Assembly: GCF_006345805.1 (NCBI RefSeq)
Contig: NC_043018.1
Span: 28,458,001-28,522,000 of the forward strand
Direction of reading: 5' to 3'
DNA: 64,000 nucleotides
From: Octopus sinensis
Lineage: Eukaryota
Positions 41,091 to 55,405 of this stretch are shown here, piece by piece. Position 1 is the stretch's first letter; each line of letters starts with the position of its first letter. The position numbers were made by a program, and so were the translations under genes. A model generated the notes under the pieces. The model did not search any database and was not told the origin of the DNA. It worked only from the letters and a program-made list of their open reading frames with translations.

Positions 41091-41147
41091 TAACATACAT
41101 ACATACATACATACATACATACATACATACACACACACATACATACA

Positions 41148-41180
<33 letters not shown>

Positions 41181-41372
41181 GCATACATACATAAGTATAG
41201 GGTGATTGAAAAGTAGCTCCCTGTTGAAAACTAAGACCCTATTTCAAAATAGTTATAAATTATTTATTTATTGTAATTTTTGCAAAATAATGGATAAGAG
41301 ACAAGCTTGTAGTATGAGTTTTATTTCTATTTCAAAAAAACAATCCAAAAAATTTCAGAAGAAATTACAATT

Positions 41373-41540
41373 AATAATCCCTCGCCATATCATTGTTTAT
41401 CATTTAAGCTTACGTCGATTCCTTCGTGGTGTTGTTTTGCATTTAAAATTATACAGTACAGTGCTGTTTCTACTTCGCGGATTTTCACCTATTGCGGTGG
41501 GTTTTGGAACGCAACACCCGCATTAGTCGAGGGATTACTG
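41373..41540. mobile_element. Short pogo/Tigger-like MITE
   Basis: Right end CGAGGGATTACTG-TA. Left end (A)ATAATCCCTCG is degenerate. Confidence 0.55.
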
Positions 41541-41583
41541 TATAAACATAGTAAAATAGTGAGTTACTTTCCAATCACCCTAC

Positions 41584-41634
<51 letters not shown>

Positions 41635-41940
41635 CAGGTGGAGGTACATGGCCTAGTGATTAGAGCAAAGAACTCGTGGTCGAGGGATCGCGGGTTCGAA
41701 TCTCAGACCAGGTGATGTGTGTGTGTTTATGAGCGAAACACCTAAGCTTCATGCGGCTCCGGCAGAATGTAATGGCGAATTTCTGCTGACTCTTTCGCCA
41801 CAACTTTCTCTCATTCTTTCCCCCTGCATCTTGCAGCTCACCTGCGACGGTCCGGCATCCTGTCCAGGTGGAGAACCTATAGGCCAAGGAAACCGGGAAA
41901 CCGGCACTTATGAGCCAGGCATGACTCGAGAAGGAATACA
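41635..41940 (+). mobile_element. SINE family C
   Basis: GGAGGTACATGGCCTAGTGATTAG head, GGGTTCGAATC B-box, GAAACCGGGAAACCGG tail. Confidence 0.85.
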
Positions 41941-43369
41941 CATATATACAGAGAGAGAGAGAGAGACCCATAGATATCGTTATAGATATATCGGGTTGAC
42001 CAAGGAGTTCTCTCGTTTTTTTAAGCGAAATTAAGACGAAAGTTTAAAGCAGAAAGTGACTTATTCAATCTGTGATACAATTGTCATTTCCTTCCGGAAG
42101 AATGACATGTACAACACACTTTTGGCAACGGTGTACACAAGAGCAATGCGAAATAAGGTGTCTTTCTCAAGGGCACAACACACCGCTGGCGATTGAACTC
42201 ACGGCCTTACGATCATAAGCTAGACACCGAAACCACTAAACCACGCACTTAAAGGTTTATTTAAAGAATATTCTGGTTTGTCAATCTCTTCAACCGAGGT
42301 AACATACAACGTCTAAAATAACTATTTTCCTCACACATAACACCAAACAAAGAACACGTGTAAAATTAAATCCTAAAGAGAAATAAACCATATTCAGGTG
42401 TTTATATATGGTTTTCGTTGTTGTTTTTTTACACTTTCCTTTTGTTTGTTTTTCCCTTTTCCTTTTGTTTTCTGTTCACCAACATCCGGCAACCTATCCT
42501 TGTTAACTGGAGTGAATATAGGAAAGCAAACAGCAAGTTTTTATTTGATTCCCTTCAGAACAGTCGCTGAAAATGTTGGCTCTATCACTTCAATAACTCT
42601 TACCATGAGAATGATTTCATGCTTGCAATCCCTTAATGGTTGTTATTCTGTATCGTACGTATAAGTGTTATTCTTTGTCGCACGCATGTGGTGGGTGTAT
42701 AGGCTTATATGCATATGGAGGTGCGGTGGCGAGTTTTTGAACGTGTATTTGTATGTGTGTATCTCTGTGTGTGTCTGTCAGTGCGTGTTTGTGTGGGAGT
42801 GTGTGTACATAAGTGTAGTCCTCTCGGTCGTTTTCCTAGAAATCCAGGGAGCAACATGTTAAAATCAATATGTCGAAGAGTTATTCCTTAAAAGAAATTT
42901 AATATTGTCACGTTCACCGTTTTAGTTTTTGTTGCTATTTTAATAGCACTACTACAACGACCACTACTGTATGTACTACTACCAGCAAAACCACCATAAC
43001 TATCACCAATACAACCACCAGCACTACCGCCACCATCATTACCCACCCCACTTCCGTTTCCATTACCACTTCTACTACTGCCTCCACCACTAATGCTATT
43101 GCTAACACTGCCACCACAACCACTATTACTAATACGGATGCAGCCACCACTAACGCCAACACTACTGCTAATAGCACCATCATCACCACTACTCCTTCTT
43201 TATTATGCAGTTTTTGCTGCTGCTGTATCCACAACTACTACCGCAACTAATGCTATGAATTGTTGTTACTAACTCTGTTATATATCATTTGTATTGAATT
43301 TCTAAGACTCAAATCGATGTCCAAGAGAAGCGAGCAAAATAAAGGATTTTTCTACTGTAGTTTTGAGAT

Positions 43370-43770
43370 TTTGGAGAAGGAGGGAAAGTCGATTAGATCG
43401 ACACGAGCATGCAACTGATATTTTCTTTATCGATTCCTAAGAGATGAAAGGCAAAATCGACCTCGGTGGAATTTGAACTCAGAACATAAAGACAGACGAA
43501 ACACACCCAAGCATTTCGCCCGGCCTGCTAACGTTTCTTATTTCTTTATTGCCCACAAGAGACTAAACATAGAGGGGACACACAAGGGCAGACAAACGGA
43601 TTAAGTCGAATACATCGACCCCAGTGCGTAACTGGTACTTATTTTATCGACCCCGAAAGGATAAAAGCTAAGTCGACATCGGCGGTATTTGAACCCAAGA
43701 ACGTAGCGGCAGACGAAATACCACTAAGCATTTCGGCCGGTGTCCTAACGTCTCTGCCAGCTCGCCGTCT
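43370..43770 (-). mobile_element. SINE family A dimer
   Basis: Junction AAAGAAATA|AGAAACGTTAGC between the two modules. Confidence 0.88.
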
Positions 43771-43904
43771 TGCGAGAAAATAAAGAATTAAGAAATAAAC
43801 GAAGTTGTATGCAAGTCACTTCCAGCGATGGAACGCCTGTAGGATGGAAAGGAATAAAAATGAAATTATTGGTTGTGAAATGAAATTATTTCAAATCTCA
43901 GATA

Positions 43905-44260
43905 GTCAGTGTCTAAATCATAAGCTTATTTGCAACCATACGGTTCCAGGTTCAGTTCCATTGCGTGGCACCGGAAGCAACTGTCTTCTACTATAGCCTC
44001 GAGCCGACCAAAGCCTAGAGTGTGGATTTGGTTGGTGGAAACTGAAAGAAGCCTGTCGTATATATGTGTGTGTGTTTCTACTCAACAACTGCTTCACAAC
44101 TGGTGTTTATTTGTTTATGTCCTCGTGACTTAGCGGTTCGGGAATAAGAGACCGATCGAATAAGTACTAGGCTTACAAAGAATAAGTCCTGGGGTCGACT
44201 TCCTCGACTACAGGCGGTACTCCAGCATGGCAGCAGTCAAATGATTGAAACAAATAAAAT
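43905..44260 (+). mobile_element. Full-length SINE family B
   Basis: GTTCCAGGTTCAGTTCC B-box region, CTACTATAGCCTCG, CR1-like tail. Confidence 0.88.
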
Positions 44261-44274
44261 ATATATATATATAT

Positions 44275-44319
<45 letters not shown>

Positions 44320-44487
44320 AATTTTTTTTAAATGACCACTAAAAGTGGACGGTCAATATGCTAGATATAGACGTCAAAATCGCTGTCCTTTAAATTTTGT
44401 ATGTAAAAATTATTTTAATCTTCGGATTTTTTTAATATGCTAGGCCACTGGTTTTAATTGATTAAAATCAAATTCTACTCTTATTCA

Positions 44488-44527
<40 letters not shown>

Positions 44528-45244
44528 TTTACTGTTCCGTTATTGGCGGGTTAATAAAAGAAGGATCCCATCCATTGAAAGATAATTATCATTTATTTTA
44601 AACTCTATTTAAGTTTGGGCAACTAATAGCTTCTTTCTGTGGAAACACTATAATTTGACAGGCTGGCTTAGCGTGTCATGTGCTTCCTAGCAAACTTTCT
44701 GACTCAAATATACAACGTGTGTGGTATTCTGAGGAAAAACGAGAAAGAACGAGCGTCTTTCAAAAAAAAATATCAAAAATAAGAAAGTACAAGAGGAAGA
44801 TAGCAAAAAAAGTAGAATGAGAATAAAAATTAACAGTTGACTCCCTTTAGTCCGTTCAGTCAGCATTAAGAGGGTTGGTGTAAGTGTATTCACCAAGGAG
44901 AAAGTCAAAGTTAGTGAGACCGCATGCTGAGTCAGGCGACGTTGGTGTCGTAGTGTTCAACTAAAGAAATTTGTCCATGTGTTTATATTTACTAAAGATT
45001 TCAGATACAGCGTTTAGTAGGTCAGTCGATTTCTTATATGTAAAAAGTGTAAGAGATGTCCCGGCTAAACAAAGCCAACATTTCTTTGATGCTTTAACAT
45101 ATGCATGCATATAGCGTAATCATCCATTCCTCAATCCCTCAGTCTTACACATACATACATACATACATACATACATACATACATACATACATACATACAT
45201 ACATACATGCATACATACATACATACATACATACATACATACAT

Positions 45245-45703
45245 GTGGTAGCTGCTCCCTCGTTATCGAGTATGGCCATTGACCGAAAGTTAATCAAGGT
45301 TGTTATCGTGCAATGCCTGTGCAAGAAGATATTTTTTAAAGTGAGGAAAGGCTGTGCACTGAGTCAATCTAACTCACTAAGCAACAGCAGCCATAATCCG
45401 AAAAGAAGAACAAGTCAACATCATCGGTAACCACTGAGCCACAGGTTTTATATCGGTGTTATCCCAGTTACCTGAGTTACCTTCTCCTACAAGGATGCCC
45501 TAACAAAAGCTAGAAGTCCTTCACTCCCAATGGTTTAACCGCGTGATCGCGTAGTCAGTCCGATTATTTCTATGTCCCCGCGCATGATACGGCCTTAAGA
45601 CATTTATTGGATGGCCGTTGACTCTGAAGAGTTCCTCCGCCCTTTGACGGGTTTTGTTTTTCATCCCACAGGGTGTCCAATAAACACCCTCCTCACCAAG
45701 CAA
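45245..45703 (-). mobile_element. Repeat family E, copy 3
   Basis: (TACA)n on its 3' side; the 5' end abuts the RTE fragment. Confidence 0.85.
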
Positions 45704-45704
45704 A

Positions 45705-46560
45705 CTGATGAAAATGGGTGAAGCACCTAGCTAGGACAGTATAACATCCGAAATGCTGCAGCTGTTTTAATCCTTGAACATAAGAGAAGGGCGAATAGCC
45801 TCTCAATGGAGGGAGTCAAACACTCTTAAACAATCACTCAATATGCTTCGATTTATGAAGAGAACTGTGAGCCGATTATCGCAACAGCATCCAAGAGAAC
45901 AGGTGAGCTTTAGGAAGAACTTTTGCACTATGGATGGCATAGTCTCTCTGAAGCCTAACTGGTACCTGGGACGGACTCCTGGTTGCCTCTGTGCGTCGCG
46001 TTCGTCGCTTACAGAATGCCTTCGACGGTTTTGAGATCAATGTGATGCTACAATCCCTCCAGAATCAAGATGTTAATGCACAGTGCACGAACCTCCTTAG
46101 GGAAGCAAATTCGGGATGCACTACGCAATGGTTTTGTTATCAGCACCTGCGCGTATCATGATCGATACGTGAGTTAAATAAGGGAATACCTATTTCTTTA
46201 CTACCCACAAGGGGCTAAACATAGAGAGGACAAACAAAGGCCAAAGGGATTAAATCGATTATATCGACCCCAGTGCGTAACTGATAATTATTTAATCGAC
46301 CCCGAAAGGATGAATGGCAAAGTCGCTAGGCGTGCAAATTAAGGGAATATAATCTGAAGTTCTTCGCGTATGTCTCGAAACGGTCATCGGAGACATCGAC
46401 TAGGACTACAGCGTGTAAATCGTCGGTGAGCTGATCACGCATCACCAGTTTGCTGATGACATTACGCTCACTGCAGGAAGTACTAGACAGCTAAAGACCA
46501 TGCAGAACACCAGAATTTAGGCGACCGGCCTGAGGATGAATCGGGCAAAAACAAAGTACG
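45705..46560 (+). pseudogene. Decayed RTE-clade reverse transcriptase, interrupted by a SINE A fragment (about 46190-46325)
   Basis: MKMGEAPS*DSITSEML, EQ.SFRKNFCTMD, VAFV..AFD, HQFADDITL, GLRMNRAKTK. Confidence 0.82.
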
Positions 46561-47559
46561 CAATTGATTTATTTGTTAAACCAATTACGCCCGGTGATAG
46601 GAATGACTGAGTTGTCGTTGGAAAATAATAAATGGGACTTTATACTAATAGGATAATGCAGTTTATTATAATATAGTTAGGGATTTGTATATTGGTCGAA
46701 AATAGATTTAAAATCCCAAAGATAATCTTAAAGATAGAACACAAAATTCATTTGAAAATTACAATCCTTCTGAAAAATATATAAAAAATATCAAAAAGAA
46801 AAATGACTGCTATAGTTCTGAAGTGGTCATTAAATTTTGAAAATGAATTATAAGAAAAAAATTTGATATCTATTCCACTTCTTAATATCACTTTAAGGAA
46901 TGAATTTTGCGATAAAATTGCTTATATATAAATTTGTCTTTCTTGAAAAACGTTAATGACGATTTTACAGTTATGCTATCAAGCGGGCTTTAAATCTAAT
47001 CCTATTCACGCGATGAATTCTATAGAGATGTGATAAATATAATTTGTTGAATAATGTCGGTTTCAAATTTTGGCACAAGGCTAGCAAGTTCGGGGGTGAG
47101 AATAAGTAGATAGCATCGAGCCCAATGCTCAACTAGTGCTTATTTTAACAACTCCGGTAGGCAAAAACCATCTTCGACGGTATTTAAACTCAGAACATTA
47201 AGACGGACGAAATATCGCTAAACATTTTCCCTGACGTGCTAACTATTTGCCCAGCTCACCGCTTTTATCTGTTGAATGATATTAGAATCCTTTAAAAGAC
47301 ATCGAAGCGGTACATGAAATGTATAAAATTACGTTTTAAGAAACATTGAAATTTCTAAGAATGAAGTAAAGTTTAAGCAAATTCCATTGACTACAATGTG
47401 TAAAGGAAACCTCCAATAGTCTACAGTAGACCATATATAAATATAAGTTATACCACATAGCAAATTTAGAATCAAGCGAAGTTTGTTCGCACTATACATC
47501 TTATTCAGCATCCAGCCACAAGCGTAAGGAGTGAGAAAAAAGTCTATAGTACCATATCT

Positions 47560-48050
47560 TGTGCTGCTTTGATGCAAAAAATGCCCCAGTGCTTAATGAA
47601 ACACAAACCATAAAAAGGAAATGTTTCCATTCCGGTATACCAAATAATCTATGTACTTTGGATTCGGCCAATCCTGGAACTAAGAAATAGATTACATTCA
47701 TCCAGTCGTCCATCCATTCCGGGAAGGGCTGTGGGACTACAGTACTCAGACACCTCCTGCATAAGGTCAAATTAAAAGCAACCCTCATTACACACACTTG
47801 CTGGATACCCAACTACGACCAACAAAGACTATGGATTTTATTTAACTATCTCGTTCTGAGTCTACACTTTACACTATAGCCGGTCGGCTCACCTTGAATA
47901 ATTTTGCGATCCTTCCTTGTGACCTTCTATATACATGTCCATATTTCTGGAGCTTTAACCTCTCAATCCAGAAAATAAGGGACTCGACCAGGAAGGACTC
48001 CCTTATCTCCGAGCTACCTGTAGAGTAATGTTACTCCAGATATCCTTCAG
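47560..48050 (+). pseudogene. Possible decayed LINE C-terminal region
   Basis: Only IYVLWIRPILE (like Y...IRP.LEY) is recognisable. Confidence 0.3.
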
Positions 48051-48674
48051 ATAAATCCCCTTTCGGCTACTTGTATGATTGTTCGTACACTTTTGGTCCT
48101 TGCTTAATATTCATCGTCACAACTATGCAACATTGGATTTTTTTTTATTTAATTGTGACTTGTGATTTTCAAATGTCATTTTCCAAACTGATGAGAACAG
48201 CTGATAACCTGAATAATAACAATTTTTCACTATATAAAATATCAATTAAGAACCATAACTACCATTGCTGAAAGTGCAATGATATCCAAAGAGTTATTGA
48301 AACGTGGAATTTTCTGAGAACAATACATGCAAGAATCAGATATTGCTGACAGATGCAGCATTATTGCCATTTGGTGGCAATCCCCTGTCTGCAGTATTAT
48401 TATTACCAAATGACAGTCTTTAATTCCTACTTCGTGCGGATGCATTATATGAACGCCGTATTAGTATGACAGAGAATTTCTCGGACAAATGTCACAGTAT
48501 CACGGTGCTCTTATAATACATCCCCGTTAAGTAGGATAATAAAACCGGCCATTCAATGAAAGCAATTTATCATATTCCATTTGGCTACAGTAACACCACT
48601 ATTTCTCATACACACATTTAAATATACTGAAGTTTGAGAACAAGAGAAATTTAGATCTTGATCTTCTTGTAACG

Positions 48675-48995
48675 GGCCCCCATCTGTCCCCCGAATGACC
48701 ATGGGATTGCACCCAGAAAGTTACCCTCCGAAGCGCAAGTCCAGGTAAGGTTGTTTATGGAAGACCAGCGGCCGCCTATGTATACCAGCTACCCATGTTA
48801 TTATCCAAAGGAAAGGCAAAGGTCGATACAGCTTGGCAATAGTGACGTCGCAACTCATTTCTACAGCTGAGTGAACTGGAGCAACTTGAAATAAAGTGTC
48901 TTGCTCAAGAACACAACATACAACCCGGTCTAGGTACAGAGCTCACAAACTCACAACTGTAACTCCAACGCTCTAAACGCTAAGGAATGTGCCTT
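48675..48995 (-). mobile_element. SINE family D, copy 2
   Basis: Colinear with 16806-17100. Confidence 0.8.
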
Positions 48996-49174
48996 CTAAT
49001 CCAAGTAACAACGCGTGACCCAGTGGCCAGTGTTGCACACACGATCTCCCGATTGCGATTTGGTACTGTCGTCTTGTTTTGGGAAGATATTACGACCTCG
49101 GTTACTTATATATCTTGAGAACCGAGTATCCGGTTTGCGAGTCGCAGGACTCGAGACAGTAATGCCCAGTCGTT

Positions 49175-50702
49175 GATGATGATGATGATGATGATGATGA
49201 TGACAACGACAACGAGGACAACGACGACGACGACGAAGATGATGATAATGACGATGATGACGACATGGACGACGACGACGGCAATGATGATGATAATGAT
49301 AACGATGATGATGATGGTCTCTGATCCAATAGGACACACAACTTCATGTTTATCAAGCACAGACTTTCTCTCACCATTTACACATTTATTCGCCCATCGC
49401 CCCTCTCATAATCCAGCTCATCCACCCATCCACCCATCCACCCATCCACCCATCCACCCATCCACCCATCCATCCCATTCATTCTAACCATTATTTCATC
49501 ATCCACTCAGTTATATCTCCAACTGTCCACTTGATCATTCATCTACCCATCCATGCCACAGTTACCTTATCCATTCCCCCATCATCCACCCGGATTCCCA
49601 CCTAACTTTCAATCTGACCATCAACCCACCCATTCGTTCCACAAATATTGTATTTTTTCCGTCATCACCCACCCAGATATGTCACCAACTGCCCATCTGG
49701 CCATCCATCCATTAACCCATCCATCCCACATTTATTCTAACCATTTCAACATCATCCACCCAGCCGTCTCACCAAACTCTTCCTCTGACCTTCCATTCAC
49801 CCACCCATGCATCCATTCATCATATATAACCTCGTTAATGCGCAAAAAGCATTTGTCCTAAGCATTACAGGTAACCCGAGGTGTGTACCCGACTTCGTGT
49901 CCTCTCCTGAGGCTGCTTGCTATTTCGACGTGTATTTATTAGATCTTATATTTTCAAAGGGTGCTTCAGGTTTGATTTCGCAGACTCATTTCTGTATATC
50001 CTACCCGCCTTATAATTTACCCTTTTCATGCTCCCACGCATCTCTCCATCATGGATATTACAAAGAATATGTAGTTATTCTCATCTTTATCAAAATTATC
50101 ATGAATTTCATCAATACCATTAATACCATTATCTCCATCACAAACTTCTGTTCTCTTCATCATCATAATCATTAACACCACCACAAATACCACTATCACC
50201 ACCACCACCACCATCATCATCATCACCATCATCATCATCACAATCATTGTCGTCATCATCATCATTATCATTATATCATCATCAACATCATCATCACCAT
50301 CATCATAATCATTAACACCACCACAAATACCATTATCACCACCACCACCACCACCATCACCACCACTCCCACCATTGTCGACATCATTTTTCTTCCACAT
50401 GATCCTCAGCAGCAGCAGTAGCAGTAGCAGCAGCAATATTTTTAAAGCCACCGCCATCACACCCACCGTCACATTCTCCTCATCATTATCACCTCGGTCA
50501 TCGCCACCGGTACCACCATCGTCTCATCGACATTCATAATTAACTACCTATCACGTCCATCATCATTACTATCATCAATGTCACAATCATCATCATCATC
50601 ATCTTCATAATCATCACCATCATCATAATCATCATCATCATCGTCATAATCATAATCATCATCACCATCATCATAATCATCATCATCATCATCATTATCA
50701 TC

Positions 50703-50740
<38 letters not shown>

Positions 50741-50990
50741 CATCTTCGTCATCATCACCACGACGACGACGACGACCACCACCACCATCATCATCATCAC
50801 AACCATTATCATCAGCATAGACCTCATCATCATCAACACAACCATCATCATCATAGCCATCATCATCATCATCATCATCACAATCATTGTCGTCATCATC
50901 ATCATTATCATTATAATCATCATCAACATCATCATCACCATCATCATCATCACCATTGCCATCATACTCATCAATAGCTGTCTTCATTAC
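49175..50990. repeat. Low-complexity region: (GAT/GAC)n, (CCAT)n, (CAT/CAC)n with duplicated ~90-bp blocks
   Basis: Direct reading. The block CACAATCATTGTCGTCATCATCATCATTATCATTAT recurs near 50238 and 50879. Confidence 0.9.
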
Positions 50991-51653
50991 GCTCTCTACT
51001 CAGAATTGCTGATCATTAAATGTGATTAAATGTTCCGCTTTGTTATCTTGTTTTTTTTTTCTTCTTCTTCTTCCCCTCAAGTGACAATACAATAACCATT
51101 CCACTGAACATGCGCATGATCCAGTTACGACTGCTTTCTACCGTCATTAATGAGAGAATGTTAAATAATAATAATAATTACTATAGATCGATAGGTAAGT
51201 TTATACTATGTTAAGCTTTTCCCACAAAAGTGTCATAGCGGTGCTTCCACTGGTCGCACATTAAAACTCATTAGTCTATCTGAAAGCAAATCTCATTGTC
51301 AGATTTTGTTATGTAAGTTAATACATGGCTTCATAATATTAATGATGCAATATGCACAACAGAAAGAACCATCAATACTGTACGTATGTGAGTATGTATG
51401 TATGTATGTATGTATGTATGTATGTATGTATGTATGTATGACTTTACATATGTGTGGTTGGTTGGATAGATTGATGAATGTGAATGTATTTTATGCATGT
51501 GTGTATGTATGTATATATGTATTATTATTACTTTTTTTTTTCTTCTTTCAAATTTTCTTCCATTTCTTGCCGAGTGTCTTCCCGACTCCTAGGGCAAAGA
51601 AACTCATAGTGTATTGGTAGTAGGCCATTAAACCAAACTCAGTAGTTCGTTCA

Positions 51654-54600
51654 TTTTTTTTTTTTTTTTTTTTAAGTTAAATTAAAATACATGAGCAGCA
51701 ACAGTTCTCACATCGACAATGCTCTTCTCAATACGTGTGATGTGCCAGTTAAGACAATCTTTTGCACTTCTTGCAGGGATGGTAAGCCAGGGATCATTCT
51801 CATATAATTTTCGGTTCCCTTCTTGATCATTCCTAGTGCTCCTACGATCACTGGTATTGTTACCGCCTTGAGATGCCACATTTTCTCAATTTCAATGAGT
51901 AGGTCTTTATATTTTCTGAGCTTGTCAAACTCTTTCGCTGAGATATTATGATCACAGGGGATGCTCATGTCGATCAATAAGCAAACTTTATTGTTTTGGT
52001 CTTTCACAACAATATGGTTTATTGGCCTTGATGGTTCGGTCTGTATGTACTGGAAAGTCCCACAGAATGGTTACATTTTCTCCTTCAGTTACAGCCTCAG
52101 GGTGGTGATTATACCACTTGTCGGCAGTTTTGATATTGTAATGCCGACTTATTAGCCAGTGGAGATATTGGCAAACTCTGTCATGTCTTAATTTATACTC
52201 CACTGGTGCTAAAACTTTACATCCAGAGATTAGGTGGTCCACTGTTTCAATCATGTCGTTGCAGAATCGGCATTTTGGGTCTGCTCCATTTTTCATCACA
52301 TTGGCCTGGTAGTTCCGGGTTAATAGGCTTTGATCTTGAGCAGCCAGGATGAAACCTTCGTTCTTGCTTTTAGCCCTGAGCTCCGCATCCACTGATGGGT
52401 TTGCTTCTGGTCAACATCAGCTTGTTTGCTGCGGGTCACATATTTGCCGTGCAGAGGTTTCTCCTCCCACCTATCAGCCAATTGCTCGTGCGCTTTTTTC
52501 ATTGCCATCATTTTAACCTTCTTTGCAACAATAGTTGCCGTACTTCCCTCGGGTTGTTCAGTTTGGGTATCCTACACGAGATCAATAGCAAATTTTTTGC
52601 TTTCTTGATGATAGAATGAAGCTTCTTTCGTCTCTCGTGATTTTCCACGAGCTTTAGCATCCAGTCATTCGATATTTCGAGATATTTGGCCAGTCCAATT
52701 GTGGTTGTTTTGTAAGCTATTCAAATTGGATCAGGCCTCGACCTCCTGGGCTCTGGGAAGGTAAAGGCGATCTACGTCTGCCTTTGGGTGGTGCATCCTA
52801 TTACAACTCAGCAGCTTGCGTATTTTTCTATCTATATTCTTTACTTCACTCATATTCCAGTTCAACACATTGTAGCTATAAGTAACAACTGGAACTGCTA
52901 AGGAATTTATAGCTAACACCTTGTTACGTGCATTTAGTTCAGATTTCAGGACTGCACGAACTCTCCTATAACATTCCTTCCTGATTTTCTCTTTCATGCT
53001 TGCATGCTGAATACCAGAGCCTTCATTTATCCCTAAATATTTGTATGTCTGTTCTTGCTCAAGCTCTCTTATGACTGTGTCAACATCTAACACGACTGAA
53101 TTTGTGGTCTTCACTTTCCCTTTCTGGAAAGTGGCCTTGGCACACTTCTCAAGTCCAAACTCCATCCCGATGTCATCGCTGAATGCTTTCACGGTGCGCA
53201 ATAGGCCTTCAAGTTCATTATTGTCTTTACCATGAAGTTTTAAGTCATCCATATAAATAGATGGCTTATTTTTTTATTGGCAATTTTATACCATACCCTG
53301 TTCTGTTTAATTCACTTGTAACGGGTATTAGGGCTATGCAGAATATTAAAGGTGAAAGTGAGTCACCTTGAAAAATTCCACAGTTGATGTTTATATTTTC
53401 TGAGGCAAGTACTCCATTAGAGTGGTATAATTGGAGATTCGTATTCCACAACGACATATTGTGCTTCAGGAAGTTTGAAATCACAGGGGAAATTTTAAAG
53501 ATGTCCAGCGATCTCAAGATCCATGGATGCGGTATACTGTCGAAGGCCTTTTTATAGTCAATCCATGCGGTGCTGAGATTTCTGCGATGTTCTGTGGACA
53601 GTTCTCAAGGATCATACGATGATTAGCAGTTGATCTTTGCATCCGTAAGAGCCTCGGCGGCACCCTTTTTGTTCAATGGGGAAAATATCGTTCTTCTCCA
53701 TGAATGCATATGTTTTCTCCGCCAGGATAGATGTTAGGATTTTTTATACGTGGTGGATAGACAGGTTATAGGCCGATAGTTTTTTGGAAGGTTGGTTTCG
53801 TTATTCTTTGGGAGTAGGTAAGTAATGCCACTTGCTAACCATTCAGGTGTTTTCTTGGGTCTCTCAAAATTCCAGTGAGCAGCTGAACTAGCTTACCGTG
53901 TGCGCACGGGAGCGATGCGAGCCAGAAATTCGGCACCCTATCTTTACCGGGGGATTCCAATTATGGGCCTTCGTGTGTGCCTTTCTTAGGTCTGCTATTG
54001 TGATGTCTTCCCATGCTTGTTGTTGTAAATTTTGGTAGGATCCTTCAGTTTGTATAATCCAGTCTGCATTTATGTTGTACGTCTTCTTGTCACTCCAAAT
54101 CCTTTCCCAAAGTTTTGAACTTCTTCCATGGGAGGGGGGTCTTTAACGGTTACTTTCTCCTTCCCTATTTCTCGTAGAATTTTTTGGCATTGGATGTGAA
54201 CAGCTTATTTTGCTTGTAAAACTTGTTTCTCTTCTCAAATCTTCGTATTCTTTGGGCTTTTGCTTGGACTTGTTTGTTTCAGCGTTTCTTTTATTGATAT
54301 CAGTTCTTCTCTTGGTGAGGATCAAATTTTCTCTTCATCTTTCTTCCTGTTCTGGATCTTACATTTCCACATATTAGTTCATTTAATATTGATATTTCCC
54401 CTCTCATAAATTCAATCTTTTTCAATTTTACTTCTCCAGGTTTGATTTCTTCCCAGGTTTTGTTTTCTTTGTTTTTTCGGGGGAATACAGCTGGTTTCAA
54501 TTGCCCTAGCAGAAGCGTAAATAATTTCATTTAACTCAGTAAAATCAGGTTTTAATTCTCGTATTATTTCATTTGTTACGTAGTTGCCAATTTGGATTTG

Positions 54601-55405
54601 TTTTTTTATTTTGGTTTGTATTTGAGAGTTTATGAAGCGGTTCTCTATCATTCATACTTGTATGTCTTACAACTTCAAGCGTATTCAGGATTTTCTGCCT
54701 CATTTCTGCCATAGACTCTCTGTGTTCTTCAGCAAATGCGAGATCTTCAGTTACTGTTGTTTTTTTGTTTTCCTGGCTATCTTTAACAGGTACAATAGAA
54801 TTTCTTGTATCTTCAGGCCTTTGCGTACTTTGGTCAGATGGCAGTCTTTCAATTAAGCCTCGTGGCGGGCTATACTGTTCATCTGATTCTTCATTTCCTT
54901 TGTGTCTTATATTTATGTCATTTTCCGTTGCGTGCTTGATCGCACTTATTTCACTGTGTGTGAGTCTGTTATTTCTAAAGATATCCCTCCTCACATTTGC
55001 TAATTCGTTCTCGTCCAAATAGGGCCTACTGTCTTGATTCCGTATTCTCCATATACTGTAAGAGTTTGCGGTGTGTCTCTCTTGAGATGGCCTACCTAAT
55101 GCATAGTAATAAGCGTATATTACTTCTTTATACTCTTCTCGGGTCCATTTGTTCCGCTTACATTTTTCTTTCTGTGGTGGTTGTGGTGGTGAACTTGGAG
55201 GGCTCGAGTTGGGGGATTTCCCGTTCAAGTGACCATCCATGTCCGTATTCGGAGAAGAGTTTGTGCCAGTTGATGACTTTTCGATCCCAGGCTGGCTCTT
55301 CCCTGGGGGACGCGCTTCCAGATTAACCATAGGACAAGCGATTTGGTATACTGATTTAGTTTTCCTTTTAGTTTCCAAAAACATTTTGGTGCTACGATAA
55401 TGTTA
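51654..55405 (-). mobile_element. Near full-length R4/Dong-clade non-LTR retrotransposon (RT plus restriction-like endonuclease), disrupted
   Basis: N-terminus KRNKWTREEYKEVIYAYY. RT motifs HNWKSPGKD, NYRPITCL, QKGCRRGSYGCKDQL, WIDYKKAFDS, GIFQGDSLSPL, YMDDLKL. CCHC knuckle CRFC..ETVDHLISGC. RLE motifs RHD, ANKP, LLIDMSIP..EFDKLRKY. A20 tail at 51654-51673. Possible TSD TCATTTTTT; the 5' boundary is uncertain. Confidence 0.95.

Noticed and set aside
50544-50987. Asp/Tyr-rich ORF resembling acidic biomineralisation proteins
   Set aside because: It lies wholly in a (GAT)n/(TAT)n block with no signal peptide or splice context, and other frames are equally open.
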